A stretch of DNA of 64,000 nucleotides, taken from NCBI GenBank assembly GCA_965200155.1, contig CBDATR010000024.1, positions 32,001 to 96,000 of the forward strand, written 5' to 3'. Below, in pieces: positions 42,503 to 53,310 of this stretch. A program made the translations under genes and the position numbers. The stretch's first letter is position 1. Every line of letters begins with the position of its first letter. The notes beneath the pieces were generated by a model. That model was not told the DNA's origin and ran no database searches. It saw only the letters and a list, made by a program, of their open reading frames with translations. The DNA is from Nitrosopumilaceae archaeon (GTDB lineage Archaea > Thermoproteota > Nitrososphaeria > Nitrososphaerales > Nitrosopumilaceae).

Positions 42503-42892
42503 TTTATGCAACATATCTGTGGCATCAAAGTCAAGATCCCTCTTTGGGAATATTGAATGTATTGGACCTGCTCCATCATCTTTGCCCCTGGGTACCAAAT
42601 GTATGTGAACATGGGGTATCTCCTGCCCCGCTTCGGGGCCGTTATGTATGGCCATTAGCGTAGATCCGCCTATGGAGTCAGTTCGCGATATGATTCTGAC
42701 CGCCAATCCAAAAACATCATCCCTCTCCTGATCACTCATCTCCTGTACCCTGCCGCAGTGACGTTTGGGTATGACCAGTGTATGGCCCGGTGCTAGGGGG
42801 AACGCGTCCATAAAGGCCAGTGAATGTTCTGTTTGGGCTATTATGTTTGCAGTGATATCTCCGGATACAATACGGCAGAATATGCAGCTCAT
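42488..42892 (-). CDS. HIT family hydrolase
   Basis: CIFC, GHTLVIPK, HVHIH motifs. Confidence 0.93.
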   Translation of the reverse strand: MSCIFCRIVSGDITANIIAQTEHSLAFMDAFPLAPGHTLVIPKRHCGRVQEMSDQERDDVFGLAVRIISRTDSIGGSTLMAIHNGPEAGQEIPHVHIHLVPRGKDDGAGPIHSIFPKRDLDFDATDMLHKLKGV

Positions 42893-43170
42893 GGTTCCAC
42901 TATGTTTGCCCATGCCAGGCCTTGGCCGTATCTTATGGTTACTACATCGCCAGCTGACGCATTACAGTCGCTGATCTGCTTTGGTATGTTATCGGCAGTA
43001 TCTGCTGCACAAACGCCATCCTCGTTATACAGTATGGTAACTTCCTCATAGATATCCTCTCGAATTAAATTCCAGAACGGAAATACCGCCGTCGCGAGCA
43101 CAATCCCTGCCAAGGCGATTATCCCACCAAATATCAGACCATATTTTCGACCAAAAGACATCTCGTCCAT
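42889..43170 (-). CDS. Small membrane-anchored hypothetical protein
   Basis: One TM helix; stop overlaps the HIT start. Confidence 0.75.
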   Translation of the reverse strand: MDEMSFGRKYGLIFGGIIALAGIVLATAVFPFWNLIREDIYEEVTILYNEDGVCAADTADNIPKQISDCNASAGDVVTIRYGQGLAWANIVEP

Positions 43171-43177
43171 GTCATGA

Positions 43178-43336
43178 TCACCAAGTGCCCCCGCCGGGGT
43201 CGTTGGGGTTCATCTTCTTTTCCGGTACGTTGCCATGGGCTTTGACGCAGTGGCGCTTTAATCTCTCTGGCGTGTGCAGCTCTAGTCCGCATTCCTTGCA
43301 TCGTGTTTGTTCCTTCTTTTTACCAAAGAAACCCAT
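43178..43336 (-). CDS. 52-aa C2H2 zinc-finger microprotein
   Basis: MGFFGKKKEQTRCKECGLELHTPERLKRHCVKAHG...; C-x2-C-x12-H-x4-H; first gene of a co-oriented run. Confidence 0.8.
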   Translation of the reverse strand: MGFFGKKKEQTRCKECGLELHTPERLKRHCVKAHGNVPEKKMNPNDPGGGTW

Positions 43337-43389
43337 GTTGTGTGTAAAACGGGTAATGTATTATAAAGGATACCGAGTTATGTGCCGTC

Positions 43390-44535
43390 ATGGACAAGGT
43401 ATCTGATGTCACTGTTCTTGGCTCTGGAGTCATGGGGCATGGAATAGCCCAGATAGCTGCGGCAGCGGGGTATGAGGTAATTCTTCGGGACATAAAGCAA
43501 GAGTTCCTGGACAAAGCCATGGAAAAGATACGCTGGAGTGTAGCCAAGATGGTCACAAAAAAGAGAATCACCGCCGAAGAGGAATCGGCAATCCTCTCCA
43601 GAATACGTCCCGTGGTTGACATTAATGAGGCTGTGGAGAAGGCGAATTTGGTTATAGAGGTAGTGCCGGAGAACATGGCCATCAAGCGTACCGTATACCA
43701 GGAGCTTGACAGTATGGCTGCCCCGGGCACAATATTTGCGTCCAATACGAGCACACTGCCCATAACGGAGATAGCTGACGTCACTGGCCGAAAGGATATG
43801 GTAATAGGTGTGCATTTCTTTAACCCACCCCAACTAATGAAACTGGTTGAGATAATACCGGGGTCTGTCACATCCCCGTCTACCACCGATTCCATGGTGC
43901 AGTTTGTAAAGAGTTTGGGCAAAACGCCGGTAATATGCCGCAAGGATGTACCGGGATTCATAATAAACAGACTGTTCATACCCATGGTACATGAAGCCCT
44001 CTACTCTATGGAGAGGCAAAAGTGCACAAAAGAGGAGATGGACTCTGTCATGCGCTTTGAGCTAGGCTTTCCCATGGGAATATTTGAGCTGGCTGATTTC
44101 ACTGGAATAGATGTGATACACAAGGCTAGTGAGGAGATGTACAGTCGGGACCAAAAGGTATTGTTACAGCACCACGAAGTGAGACGACTGTTTGAGGCGG
44201 GAAAATTGGGACAAAAGTCCGGTGAGGGATTTTACAAGTATGCGGATGAAAAGTATGAGCGGGTGCCCCTCTCCGAGGAACCGGCTAGCCGTTGTGACCC
44301 CGTTCAAATATTTGCCAACATACTGAATAACGCTGCATGGCTCATAACCAATAATGCCAGTGACAAAGATGAGATAGAAAAGGCTGCTATACTGGGGTTG
44401 GGCCTCAAAAAGCCGCTCTTTGAGACTGCAGAGCGAATAGGCATGGAAAAGATAGTGGCCGAGCTTGACTCGCTGGCAGCCACACACGGCCAGTTTTATG
44501 AACCGGATCCGCTCTTGCGAACTATGGTGAAATAA
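43390..44535 (+). CDS. 3-hydroxyacyl-CoA (3-hydroxybutyryl-CoA) dehydrogenase
   Basis: GSGVMGHG, ASNTS, HFFNP, PGFIINR, PMGIFELAD motifs. Confidence 0.93.
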   Translation: MDKVSDVTVLGSGVMGHGIAQIAAAAGYEVILRDIKQEFLDKAMEKIRWSVAKMVTKKRITAEEESAILSRIRPVVDINEAVEKANLVIEVVPENMAIKRTVYQELDSMAAPGTIFASNTSTLPITEIADVTGRKDMVIGVHFFNPPQLMKLVEIIPGSVTSPSTTDSMVQFVKSLGKTPVICRKDVPGFIINRLFIPMVHEALYSMERQKCTKEEMDSVMRFELGFPMGIFELADFTGIDVIHKASEEMYSRDQKVLLQHHEVRRLFEAGKLGQKSGEGFYKYADEKYERVPLSEEPASRCDPVQIFANILNNAAWLITNNASDKDEIEKAAILGLGLKKPLFETAERIGMEKIVAELDSLAATHGQFYEPDPLLRTMVK

Positions 44536-45028
44536 TCTCCAGTACTCTCTCTACGGCGGCCCGGGGAGAATCTGCACTCTCTATATTGATGCTTTGGCGG
44601 TGATCGAGGTACTGTCCTGCATATTTGTCCGCCATTCCGCCGGTACCCAGTATGGCTACCATGGGTTTTTCGTGCATGTATGCGGCGCACATCTCTGACA
44701 GTGTGCCTACCCCGCCTCCGATTATTATTATGCCTGCGGCGGCATAGACGTTCACAAAATTTCGCATAAACCCCAATCCGGTAGGTACGACCACCTCGGA
44801 GAAATTGTTAGCATGCGCCATGCCGTCCTGGGGTATTATGCCCAGTGTGGTTCCGCCTGACTCCTGCGCACCCCGGGCGGCAGCCTCCATGACGCCACCC
44901 ATCCCGCCGGTAACCAGTATGGCCCCCTTCTGGGCAACAAGTCTTCCGGTCTCATATGCGATGTCCTTGTGTGCCTGCGTGCACCCATTATCGTTGTGGC
45001 CTATAATCAGTATCTGACGTTTGACCAA
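44522..45028 (-). CDS. TIGR00725/LOG-family protein
   Basis: TGGMGGVMEA and GGGVGTLSE motifs. Confidence 0.88.
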   Translation of the reverse strand: MVKRQILIIGHNDNGCTQAHKDIAYETGRLVAQKGAILVTGGMGGVMEAAARGAQESGGTTLGIIPQDGMAHANNFSEVVVPTGLGFMRNFVNVYAAAGIIIIGGGVGTLSEMCAAYMHEKPMVAILGTGGMADKYAGQYLDHRQSINIESADSPRAAVERVLEIISP

Positions 45029-45609
45029 TAATGAGACCCCTGCCTGACCATGAATAATCTTTTCGGCGTATGGGATTCACATGTTTGCAAGACTAATGAC
45101 ATGAGTTTCATGACCACATGTTCAAATCATGCTGCCTGTCGCTGTGTATTGATTCCAGCACATTCATACCAAAAAACATGGTCATATATGTACAAAAATG
45201 GCGTCCTCTAGCGTTGTTTCAGGAGTTCCTCTACCGCTTGGCTAACATTTAGCATACCTCTGCTTTTGGCATATGCCACTAGCATTTCGTACTGGTTATT
45301 GGTGAGACAGAGAGGCATTGAATACTTTGACATACCATACGTTATGCATTCGTGTTAATATCTTTTCCGGAACCATACCGGGTAACAGTCTAAGTCATTC
45401 CGGGGAATCATATATGCATTTGAAGTGCTCTTCCATTCGTGGTCACAAGTTCAGAGACTAGCTTGAACACACCCCCAACGTTATGGTCCGTCAATGGCAC
45501 CATGCTCAGCGGTCTGCATCCCTTGGAGAAATCTTGACTGCCACTTTGGGCAACCACCCAATTCCCGCCTGACACAAGGAGTTAAATCTCCAGAGGCGTA
45601 TGTCTGAAT

Positions 45610-46020
45610 GTGCATCTGTTTGGTAGGAAGCCTGTACACTGTTCTGTATGTGGCGTTCTTCTGAAACACAAGAACAAGCCCAAGAGGGAGTGGGGCGTCA
45701 AGGGATACCTCTGTGGTGATTGTCACGTAACCAAATCAAAAGAGTTCTACGAAGCCAAGGTAGTGCAACCGTGCGTTACGTGTGGGGCCCGGCACAGAAT
45801 AGCTGACATGTGGGAACCCCGGTGGCAGTGGGATATGGACGGCCTGCTTTGTAAGAAATGCTTTGATGAAAAAGAAGACAGTCATACAAACAAAAAGTCA
45901 ACATGCGCGTCATGCGGGGGTCCACTCAAATTCATACGATACAACCCCAAACCCAAATGGAAGATGGATGGACAGCTCTGCCGCAAATGCTGGGATGATA
46001 CAAAGGCCAAGATGGGTTGA
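45610..46020 (+). CDS. Cys-rich (CxxC repeat) zinc-binding hypothetical protein
   Basis: Three repeats of CxxC...W..DG.LCxxC. Confidence 0.75.
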   Translation: MHLFGRKPVHCSVCGVLLKHKNKPKREWGVKGYLCGDCHVTKSKEFYEAKVVQPCVTCGARHRIADMWEPRWQWDMDGLLCKKCFDEKEDSHTNKKSTCASCGGPLKFIRYNPKPKWKMDGQLCRKCWDDTKAKMG

Positions 46021-46182
46021 TTAAATGGCGCGTACAGTCTTTACAATCTTGGGGCGCATCTTTATGAATACCCGAAATCCGCATATGCACTTTATCTCCG
46101 GTAAGCGTACCAGCTCTTCATTGGATGTTATAGTTCCGCACTTTAAGCACGAATAAAATACTGAATTCTCGCTCTCCAACAT
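46021..46182 (-). CDS. rpoP: RNA polymerase subunit Rpo12 (P)
   Basis: YSCLKCG...IKCICGFRVFIKMRPKIVKTVRAI, 53 aa, directly downstream of uS10; not in the ORF track. Confidence 0.88.
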   Translation of the reverse strand: MLESENSVFYSCLKCGTITSNEELVRLPEIKCICGFRVFIKMRPKIVKTVRAI

Positions 46183-46190
46183 TTAATCAC

Positions 46191-46499
46191 CTATATTAGC
46201 AAAAGTTCGATGTAAACATCGTCCGGTATACGAAGTCTCATAAGCTGTCTGATGGTTTTGTCATCGGCATTTATGTCTATGACGCGCCTATGCATGCGCA
46301 TCTCCCATTTCTCATAGGTCTCAGTTCCGTTCCCGCACGGGGACTTGCGAGTAGCCACGTGTAGTCTTTTTACCGGAAGTGGAGTTGGCCCTTTAATGCG
46401 GACGCCAGTCTTGTGCCCTATGCCCATTATATCGGTACAAACACCATCCAATTTTGGTAAGCTAATACTTGTAAGCTTGACTCGAGCAGTCTGGGCCAT
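46191..46499 (-). CDS. rpsJ: 30S ribosomal protein uS10
   Basis: GPTPLP, RKSPCGNG, MRMHRRVIDI motifs. Confidence 0.97.
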   Translation of the reverse strand: MAQTARVKLTSISLPKLDGVCTDIMGIGHKTGVRIKGPTPLPVKRLHVATRKSPCGNGTETYEKWEMRMHRRVIDINADDKTIRQLMRLRIPDDVYIELLLI

Positions 46500-46503
46500 T
46501 ATG

Positions 46504-47814
46504 TTACTTCTTTGAACTCGGGTTGTATTCTTCGACTATCTCTCTCACTACGCCCGCCGCAATGGTTGCTCCCATATCGCGCAGTGCAAACCTGCCCATT
46601 TCTGGGAACTCTTTGAAAGTTTCAAGTGGTGTTGGACGAGTTGGGCGTATCTTTACCATGGCTGAATCGCCAACCTTGAGGAACTTGGGGTTCTCCTCGT
46701 CGACGCCGCCGGTTGCGGGGTTTATCTTTTGCAAGAACTCGGTAATCGTAGCTGCGACCTGGGCTGTGTGGCAGTGCATTACCGGTGTGTAGCCTGGGGC
46801 GATTGCAGTGGGGTGGTGTATTACAATGATCTGGGCCTTAAACTCCCTGACCACTGTGGGTGGGTTTTCGACACCGCCCATTACATCCCCACGAGCAATG
46901 CTCTTTTTGTCTACTCCACGCAGATTAAATCCTATGTTGTCTCCAGCCTGGGCTGATGGCATGGGGGTGTGATGTGTTTCAATGGACTTGATCTCGCCTA
47001 CAGCACCTGATGGCATTACCATGATTTTATCACCAGGCTTCATAATACCTGTCTCTACACGGCCTACTGGAACAGTTCCTGCTCCGGTTATTGTATATAC
47101 ATCCTGAATTGGTACTCGTAGTGGCTTGTCTATAGGCTTGGATATCACCTTGAAGTCATCAAATGCCTGCAAGAGCGTCTTGCCCTTGTACCATGACATA
47201 TTTGATGAAGCCTTCACCAAGTTGTCGCCCTTCCATCCGGATACTGGTATGAATGGAACGTTGTCGACCTTGTAACCTACAGAGCGTACCAATTTCTGGC
47301 CTTTCTGCACTGCAGTCTTGAATCCTTCCTCTTTGTAATCTACTGCGTCCATCTTGTTTATGGCAACAATAAGCTGGCTCACGCCCAATGTCTTGAGCAG
47401 GAATGCATGCTCCCGTGCCTGACCGCCTGGCGCTATGGCCGTATCGGTTTCGCCTTCCTTGGCGGAGAGAACAAGGACCGCGCAGTCTGCTTCGGACGCG
47501 CCTGTAATCATATTTTTAATGAAATCACGGTGTCCCGGTGCATCAATCAGAGTAAAGAAGTACTTGTTCGTTTCAAATTTTTGGAACGCCAAATCTATGG
47601 TAATTCCTCTCTCCCTCTCGTCCTTTATGTTATCCATAACCCACGCGTACTTGAAAGTATCTCCCTTGCCTGTCTTCTCGGACTCTGCCGCGTGTGATGC
47701 AATTGTCCTTTCATCTACCACCCCCAAGTCCATGAGAAAGTGCCCCATTGTCGTGGACTTGCCGTTGTCTATGTGACCTGTTATTATCAGGTTCAGGTGG
47801 TCTTTTTCCGCCAT
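46504..47814 (-). CDS. tuf: Translation elongation factor aEF-1alpha
   Basis: GHIDNGKST, ERERGITID, DAPGH, NKMD, GRFALRD motifs. Confidence 0.98.
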   Translation of the reverse strand: MAEKDHLNLIITGHIDNGKSTTMGHFLMDLGVVDERTIASHAAESEKTGKGDTFKYAWVMDNIKDERERGITIDLAFQKFETNKYFFTLIDAPGHRDFIKNMITGASEADCAVLVLSAKEGETDTAIAPGGQAREHAFLLKTLGVSQLIVAINKMDAVDYKEEGFKTAVQKGQKLVRSVGYKVDNVPFIPVSGWKGDNLVKASSNMSWYKGKTLLQAFDDFKVISKPIDKPLRVPIQDVYTITGAGTVPVGRVETGIMKPGDKIMVMPSGAVGEIKSIETHHTPMPSAQAGDNIGFNLRGVDKKSIARGDVMGGVENPPTVVREFKAQIIVIHHPTAIAPGYTPVMHCHTAQVAATITEFLQKINPATGGVDEENPKFLKVGDSAMVKIRPTRPTPLETFKEFPEMGRFALRDMGATIAAGVVREIVEEYNPSSKK

Positions 47815-48106
47815 ATCAATTGCCACCTTAATTCAGCTTATAAACCTTACAATTTGCGATCGTGATTTCAGCTTGTGGAAGAAATGTAGAATTTATCTGG
47901 AATAAACTACTTTATGGTTGTATTTTTAATACAAATCACTCTTTTTACAGTTAATTTTTGTATTGAACAGAACTTTTGTTTTCATGATCTCTGATAATAA
48001 TTAACATTTTATGAAAGAAGTATTACACAAATTATTCCAAGACAGAAATAATACTGCATTATTTAATGAGGAAGAAATATACCAACGTATATCACTGAGG
48101 TGACGT

Positions 48107-48646
48107 ATGTCAAAAAACTATTGGCATGATCTAGATACTGGCAGCGACATGCCAGAGATAATCAACGTAGTGGTGGAGATTCCCAAAGGATCCATGAACA
48201 AGTACGAGTATGACAAAAAACATAATATGATGAGGCTGGATAGGGTACTATTCTCGCCCTTCCACTATCCTGGCGACTATGGTATAGTGCCACAGACACT
48301 ATCCGAAGATGGGGATCCCCTGGATGCGCTGGTATTGGTTACGAACCCAACATTTCCGGGTATACTAATAGAGGCACGTCCTATCGGACTACTACAGATG
48401 CTGGATGATGGTTTACTTGATGATAAAGTAGTGTGCGTGGCAACGCATGATCCACGGTACCTTCACACCACTGATATCACCAGTATGGAGGATCACTACA
48501 GATCAGAGATTGCGCATTTCTTTCAAGTATACAAGGACCTAGAAGGCAAGAAGGTGGTGATAGAGGGTTGGCAGTCTGCACAAGAGGCCAAAGAAGTGAT
48601 AGTGAGCTCCAGAAAGCGCTACATGAATACCTTGGGAAAAGTATGA
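48107..48646 (+). CDS. ppa: Inorganic pyrophosphatase (family I)
   Basis: EIPKGS, KYEYD, DGDPLD, YKDLEGK motifs. Confidence 0.96.
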   Translation: MSKNYWHDLDTGSDMPEIINVVVEIPKGSMNKYEYDKKHNMMRLDRVLFSPFHYPGDYGIVPQTLSEDGDPLDALVLVTNPTFPGILIEARPIGLLQMLDDGLLDDKVVCVATHDPRYLHTTDITSMEDHYRSEIAHFFQVYKDLEGKKVVIEGWQSAQEAKEVIVSSRKRYMNTLGKV

Positions 48647-48773
48647 TATCACCGGCGACTTAATTCACACACTACCAATTTCAACTATTAGCGTACCGCG
48701 GGGTTGGCAAATACGTGAATTTATACCGGAAAAGTGTTACCCACATATAGGGATCTTCATTACAACATGAATT

Positions 48774-50522
48774 GTGTATACACAGGGGGAATGGAGACTA
48801 GGGGACATACTTGGCGAGGAAAGCTCCGGCGATATAGTGGACAAGCTCAAGCAGTCCTCTACATCTTTTGCAGAACTGAAAAGCACTCTAAGTCCGGATA
48901 TGTCACATGATCAGTTTTTGCACGTATTGAAATGCAAGGAGGAGATAGGCCGCGATGTATCCCGGGTAACAGGACATGTATCCCTCCAGTACGCTGAGAA
49001 TACACAATCCGAGGAGATTGCAGCTATGCGGACCAGCATGAATCAGCTGAGCACGGAGATTGCCAATCGTGCGCTATACTTTGATTTATGGTGGAAGGAT
49101 GCAGTGGATGATGCCAACGCCATGCGTCTGGCGGATTCTGCCGGAGATCTAAAAGAGTATCTTGTACACATGAGACGGCTGGCTAAACATGCGTTAAGTG
49201 AGGCCGAGGAAAAAATAATCAACACACTGGATGTGACAGGCGCCTTTGCCCTGATAAAGCTGTATGACACTATAACGAATGCCTACACCTATGCCATGAA
49301 AGTTGACGGAAAAGACAAAGTCCTGAATCGGGAGGAGCTAACCACGTATGTCCGCAGTCCTGTGGCTGAGTATCGTGAAATGGCGTACAATCTCCTGCTG
49401 AAGAAGTACAGAAACAGCCGTAACGTGCTCGGTGACATATATCATAATGTAGTCCTGAATCATAACAACGAGTTTGTCAAAATGAGGGGGTATGACTCAC
49501 CCATCTCTGTAATGAACGCGGCTAGCAACATAGACGATACTACCGTAAATGCATTACTTTCCGTGTGTAGGGAGGAGGCTACAACATTTCAGCAGTACTT
49601 TGGAAAGAAGGCGTCCCTGCTGGGCATGGATAAACTACGGCGGTATGATTTGTATGCGCCCTTGGAGCAATCCCAGCGCAAATACGAATATGACGTGGCC
49701 GTGCGTCTTGTATTAAACGCGCTGTCCGAGTTTAGCGATGAACTTGGCGGGTATGCAAGAAGGGTATTTGAAGAGGGGCATGTACATTCCACCTTGCAGC
49801 CGGGCAAGATCAGCGGGGCGTTTTGTAGCACCATATCTCCTGATATAACACCCTATGTACTTGTAAATTATACCGGTGAATCCCGGGATGTGTTCACACT
49901 TGCACACGAGTTAGGTCATGCAGTACATAGTGTGGCTGCCGGTACCAAATCCATACTGGTACAGCATGCGCCCCTGCCCTTGGCTGAGACCGCGTCCACT
50001 TTTTCAGAGATGCTCCTGTATGATTTCATGTCCACAGACATGGATGCCGCAGAAGAATCGGCGGTTTTGTCATCTAAGCTGGACGATCTGTATGCAACTA
50101 TCTCTAGGCAGGCATTTTTCACCATGTTTGAGATACAGGCGCATGATCTGCTCTCTGAGGGTGCCACGCCAGGACGCGTATCTGATGCATATCTGGAGAC
50201 ACTACAGGAGCAATTTGGGGATTCTATAAGCCTGTCCGAGGACTTTAAATCCGAATGGCTGGCCATACCTCATTTTTATCACTCTCCGTTCTACTGCTAT
50301 TCCTACTCCTTTGGGAACTTGTTGGCTGCCTCGTTATTCCAGCGATACAAGAAGGAAGGCGCCGGTCTTGCCAAGACATACGTAAGTATACTGGCCGCGG
50401 GCGGTTCACAAAAGCCTGAAAAATTGATGGAAGCCTGCGGTTTTGATATCGGCTCTTCTAATTTTTGGCGAGAGGGATTTGCATATGTTCGCTCACTGGT
50501 GGGGCGCCTCGAATCCCTGTGA
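48774..50522 (+). CDS. pepF: Oligoendopeptidase F (M3B)
   Basis: GK.SGAFC, TLAHELGHAVH, AETASTF, PHFY..FY.YSY motifs. Confidence 0.92.
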   Translation: MYTQGEWRLGDILGEESSGDIVDKLKQSSTSFAELKSTLSPDMSHDQFLHVLKCKEEIGRDVSRVTGHVSLQYAENTQSEEIAAMRTSMNQLSTEIANRALYFDLWWKDAVDDANAMRLADSAGDLKEYLVHMRRLAKHALSEAEEKIINTLDVTGAFALIKLYDTITNAYTYAMKVDGKDKVLNREELTTYVRSPVAEYREMAYNLLLKKYRNSRNVLGDIYHNVVLNHNNEFVKMRGYDSPISVMNAASNIDDTTVNALLSVCREEATTFQQYFGKKASLLGMDKLRRYDLYAPLEQSQRKYEYDVAVRLVLNALSEFSDELGGYARRVFEEGHVHSTLQPGKISGAFCSTISPDITPYVLVNYTGESRDVFTLAHELGHAVHSVAAGTKSILVQHAPLPLAETASTFSEMLLYDFMSTDMDAAEESAVLSSKLDDLYATISRQAFFTMFEIQAHDLLSEGATPGRVSDAYLETLQEQFGDSISLSEDFKSEWLAIPHFYHSPFYCYSYSFGNLLAASLFQRYKKEGAGLAKTYVSILAAGGSQKPEKLMEACGFDIGSSNFWREGFAYVRSLVGRLESL

Positions 50523-50705
50523 TTACAACAAGATATTGTAATGCTGATTTCACCATAAAATTCATGACAAAGTTGACTGATTTTATTTAGATAAATGGGG
50601 CTGGCAACCACGCACTAGTTGCCAGCTTGTTCCCCGATCGGTTTGAATCGATGTCAAGATTTGTATCAAATTGCGCGTATTTATTTTTTTATCCGGTACA
50701 AATTG

Positions 50706-50843
50706 GTAACCGTTTAGGTCGCGTTAAAGATCAACACCTAGGTAGTAAATTCATGGGCATATGTGGAGCAACATGATAGAAAAAGCAAGAATGGACATAT
50801 GTGGTGTTTTGAACAGTTGCCCAGGGGTGATCTAAACGGTTAC
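50706..50843. mobile_element. 138-bp MITE of a second family
   Basis: TIRs GTAACCGTTTAGGTC / GATCTAAACGGTTAC; 9-bp direct repeat TACAAATTG on both sides. Confidence 0.8.
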
Positions 50844-51069
50844 TACAAATTGTGACCATTCAGGTTACCACCGGCATGGCTCTGATCAACTAGGTGGCCA
50901 GAACCTAGGCTAACGTGTTCTAAAACCAAACAGTATGTAGTGGCCCCCGCAAACTCGTACCCAAACTTTTATGACATAAACTGTTATTGCACAAATTCAC
51001 TCATGACTGCAAGACCATTTTGTATGATTGATCTAGAGTCGTTCTTCCCAAAGTGCGCATTATGCATAT

Positions 51070-52815
51070 TTATTTGACTTTCTTTTGCTCCCGGTACAGT
51101 TTTACTATCTGTATTACGTTGGTGGCATCCTGGGGCATCTTGTCGTGACGTATGCGACCGGTAAATTTGGGAAAGCGTAATGCCAACCCTGCACCCTGGT
51201 GAATCACATCCATGGCCGTGGTATGCACCGGACTTATTGTTATCTCTGACGCAGTAACCTCTATGATCACGTCCGGAGCAAACCATACGTCTGCCTTCAT
51301 GCCGCTGTCTATCTGCGCATCGGGCTTTGGTATTATGTGAGCAGACAGAATTTGGTATAACATGTCCAGCATTTCATCGGTGAAACCGGTTCCCACTTTA
51401 CATATGCTTGTGAATATGTCCTGCTCCTCGTCATATGCGGCCAGCAGCAATGTGCCATATATGCCTGTACGCCTGCCCCGGCCGTGAAATGCCCCTATAA
51501 CAACCAAGTCCAGACTCTCCCCGGCCCCGTCCTTATACTCTCGTTTCAGCTTTAGCCACAGACTACCCCTGGATCCCGCTCTATACGGACTATCCGGTAA
51601 CTTGAGCATTAGTCCCTCGCCACCGGCGTTTATGCTGTTCTCCATGCAGTCCATCAACTGGCCCTCGTTTACTATGCGCGTCATGGGTACTAGCCTTGCC
51701 ATCCCTTTTACGATAATATTGTCCTGTAACCATTGGCGTCTGCGGGTATAGGGTGCATCCAGGTATGATGTTCCATCTGCGTATAATATGTCAAAAAAGT
51801 TTATCACTACCGGATAGTCCAGGACCGCCTGCTCTATGCTATGCTTTCGTCGGCGATGCATGAGTTCCTGGAAGGGGAGAAAATCTCCGGTGTCCCGATT
51901 TATTGCCACTGCCTCGGCCTCAAGTATGGCCTCCTTGGCCCGTACTTGGGTTGGTATATTCTCCGCTATGTCCGGGTACTGTCCTGTGATTCGCTCAAGA
52001 CGCCTGGAAAATACCTCTATCTTTTCGCCCATGTGTATTTGTACCCGTTCGCCATCAAGCTTGTACTCTGCAGCGAAATTCTGGGACATCTTTTCCAGGG
52101 CATCCGTTTCGTTGCGTACACGCTCAGCCAGCATGGGGCGAACCGGGCTATACATTTGAATACCAAAAGTCTCAATATTGTTTAATCCGTCTTTCGCGGC
52201 AGTCGCGGCCACTCTTCCCAAATCACTGCATACGTTGTATGCTTCCTCCAGCTTGGTCCTGTTGGATCTCTGGCCAGTGTACGCCTCTGCCAAGGCGTCT
52301 AGTATGGTATTCTCGGCTACGCCCAACCGTAGCGTTCCTAGCAGTATCTTTAGTATGAATTTGGATTCCAGGGGCGTTGCATCGTTGAGCATGCTGGATA
52401 TGTGCTTTATCTTTATGTCTTGGGAGCGGGACCCCTCTATGTGTGCCAGTTTGTATATTGTGTCATATACACGGCTTACACTTATCTCTTGGGTCAGGAA
52501 TGTAGTCTGGGTCTTTGTACTAAGTATGGATGATGCTACGGCGCCCAAGTCCCCCTGCTCCGCATACGCGCCCTCTATACTCTTTAGCGTCGCGCCTGAT
52601 GATTTTGCTATGGCGCGCATGACCATCTTGTCCGCCACTCTTGGCTCTATACCCTCGTAGTCCGGTCTCACCTTGCCCTGCAACAGGTACGTGGTCTGCC
52701 CTACCAGTTCTATTGGTGTCTGCTGGAATAACTCTACCAGATATGCGGTAAGATCCAATCTCTTGGTAGTATGCTCCATCTTCTCCAGATATCCTGCCAG
52801 TACGGAGAATTGCAT
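51070..52815 (-). CDS. lig: ATP-dependent DNA ligase
   Basis: EYKLDGER, EGLMLK, WLKLK, LRFP motifs. Confidence 0.97.
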   Translation of the reverse strand: MQFSVLAGYLEKMEHTTKRLDLTAYLVELFQQTPIELVGQTTYLLQGKVRPDYEGIEPRVADKMVMRAIAKSSGATLKSIEGAYAEQGDLGAVASSILSTKTQTTFLTQEISVSRVYDTIYKLAHIEGSRSQDIKIKHISSMLNDATPLESKFILKILLGTLRLGVAENTILDALAEAYTGQRSNRTKLEEAYNVCSDLGRVAATAAKDGLNNIETFGIQMYSPVRPMLAERVRNETDALEKMSQNFAAEYKLDGERVQIHMGEKIEVFSRRLERITGQYPDIAENIPTQVRAKEAILEAEAVAINRDTGDFLPFQELMHRRRKHSIEQAVLDYPVVINFFDILYADGTSYLDAPYTRRRQWLQDNIIVKGMARLVPMTRIVNEGQLMDCMENSINAGGEGLMLKLPDSPYRAGSRGSLWLKLKREYKDGAGESLDLVVIGAFHGRGRRTGIYGTLLLAAYDEEQDIFTSICKVGTGFTDEMLDMLYQILSAHIIPKPDAQIDSGMKADVWFAPDVIIEVTASEITISPVHTTAMDVIHQGAGLALRFPKFTGRIRHDKMPQDATNVIQIVKLYREQKKVK

Positions 52816-52832
52816 AATCTGGTGTATAATAT

Positions 52833-53309
52833 TCAGATATAACGATATATGGTGGGCTTGTCGTCTTTTGCGTCTGAGACCAATGCAAAGTTGTGTAGTG
52901 GGTACCTCTCTTTGTGTTGTTTCATGTAGCTCCATGCCACATCATGATTCCTGAAACTCGTTCGCAGTCCATCTATGGTTGTCACCTGTCCGTATACATC
53001 GAATATTACTATCCTATAAGATCGCGGTCTGTATCTGGGCTTTGCGCGTAACAGCCACGCCATAGCAAATACAAAGACCGCACCAAGTATCACACTGCTA
53101 ATGGCAACCTTGAGAAAGCTCTGAAATACGCCGGGGACCGTATTCCCAAATACCATGAGTAATACGTTTGGGATTGTACTACCAAATATTACCAGAACCA
53201 CATTGGCAAAGGCTACTGTAGCTACCGCGGTTATCATGTACCCTTTCCATGACCATATGTGGGAAACAGTAGACAAAATGTTGCTCAATAACACATTACG
53301 GTGACTCAT
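52833..53309 (-). CDS. Membrane hypothetical protein
   Basis: TM helices and a soluble tail; co-oriented between fbp and lig. Confidence 0.7.
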   Translation of the reverse strand: MSHRNVLLSNILSTVSHIWSWKGYMITAVATVAFANVVLVIFGSTIPNVLLMVFGNTVPGVFQSFLKVAISSVILGAVFVFAMAWLLRAKPRYRPRSYRIVIFDVYGQVTTIDGLRTSFRNHDVAWSYMKQHKERYPLHNFALVSDAKDDKPTIYRYI

Positions 53310-53310
53310 G

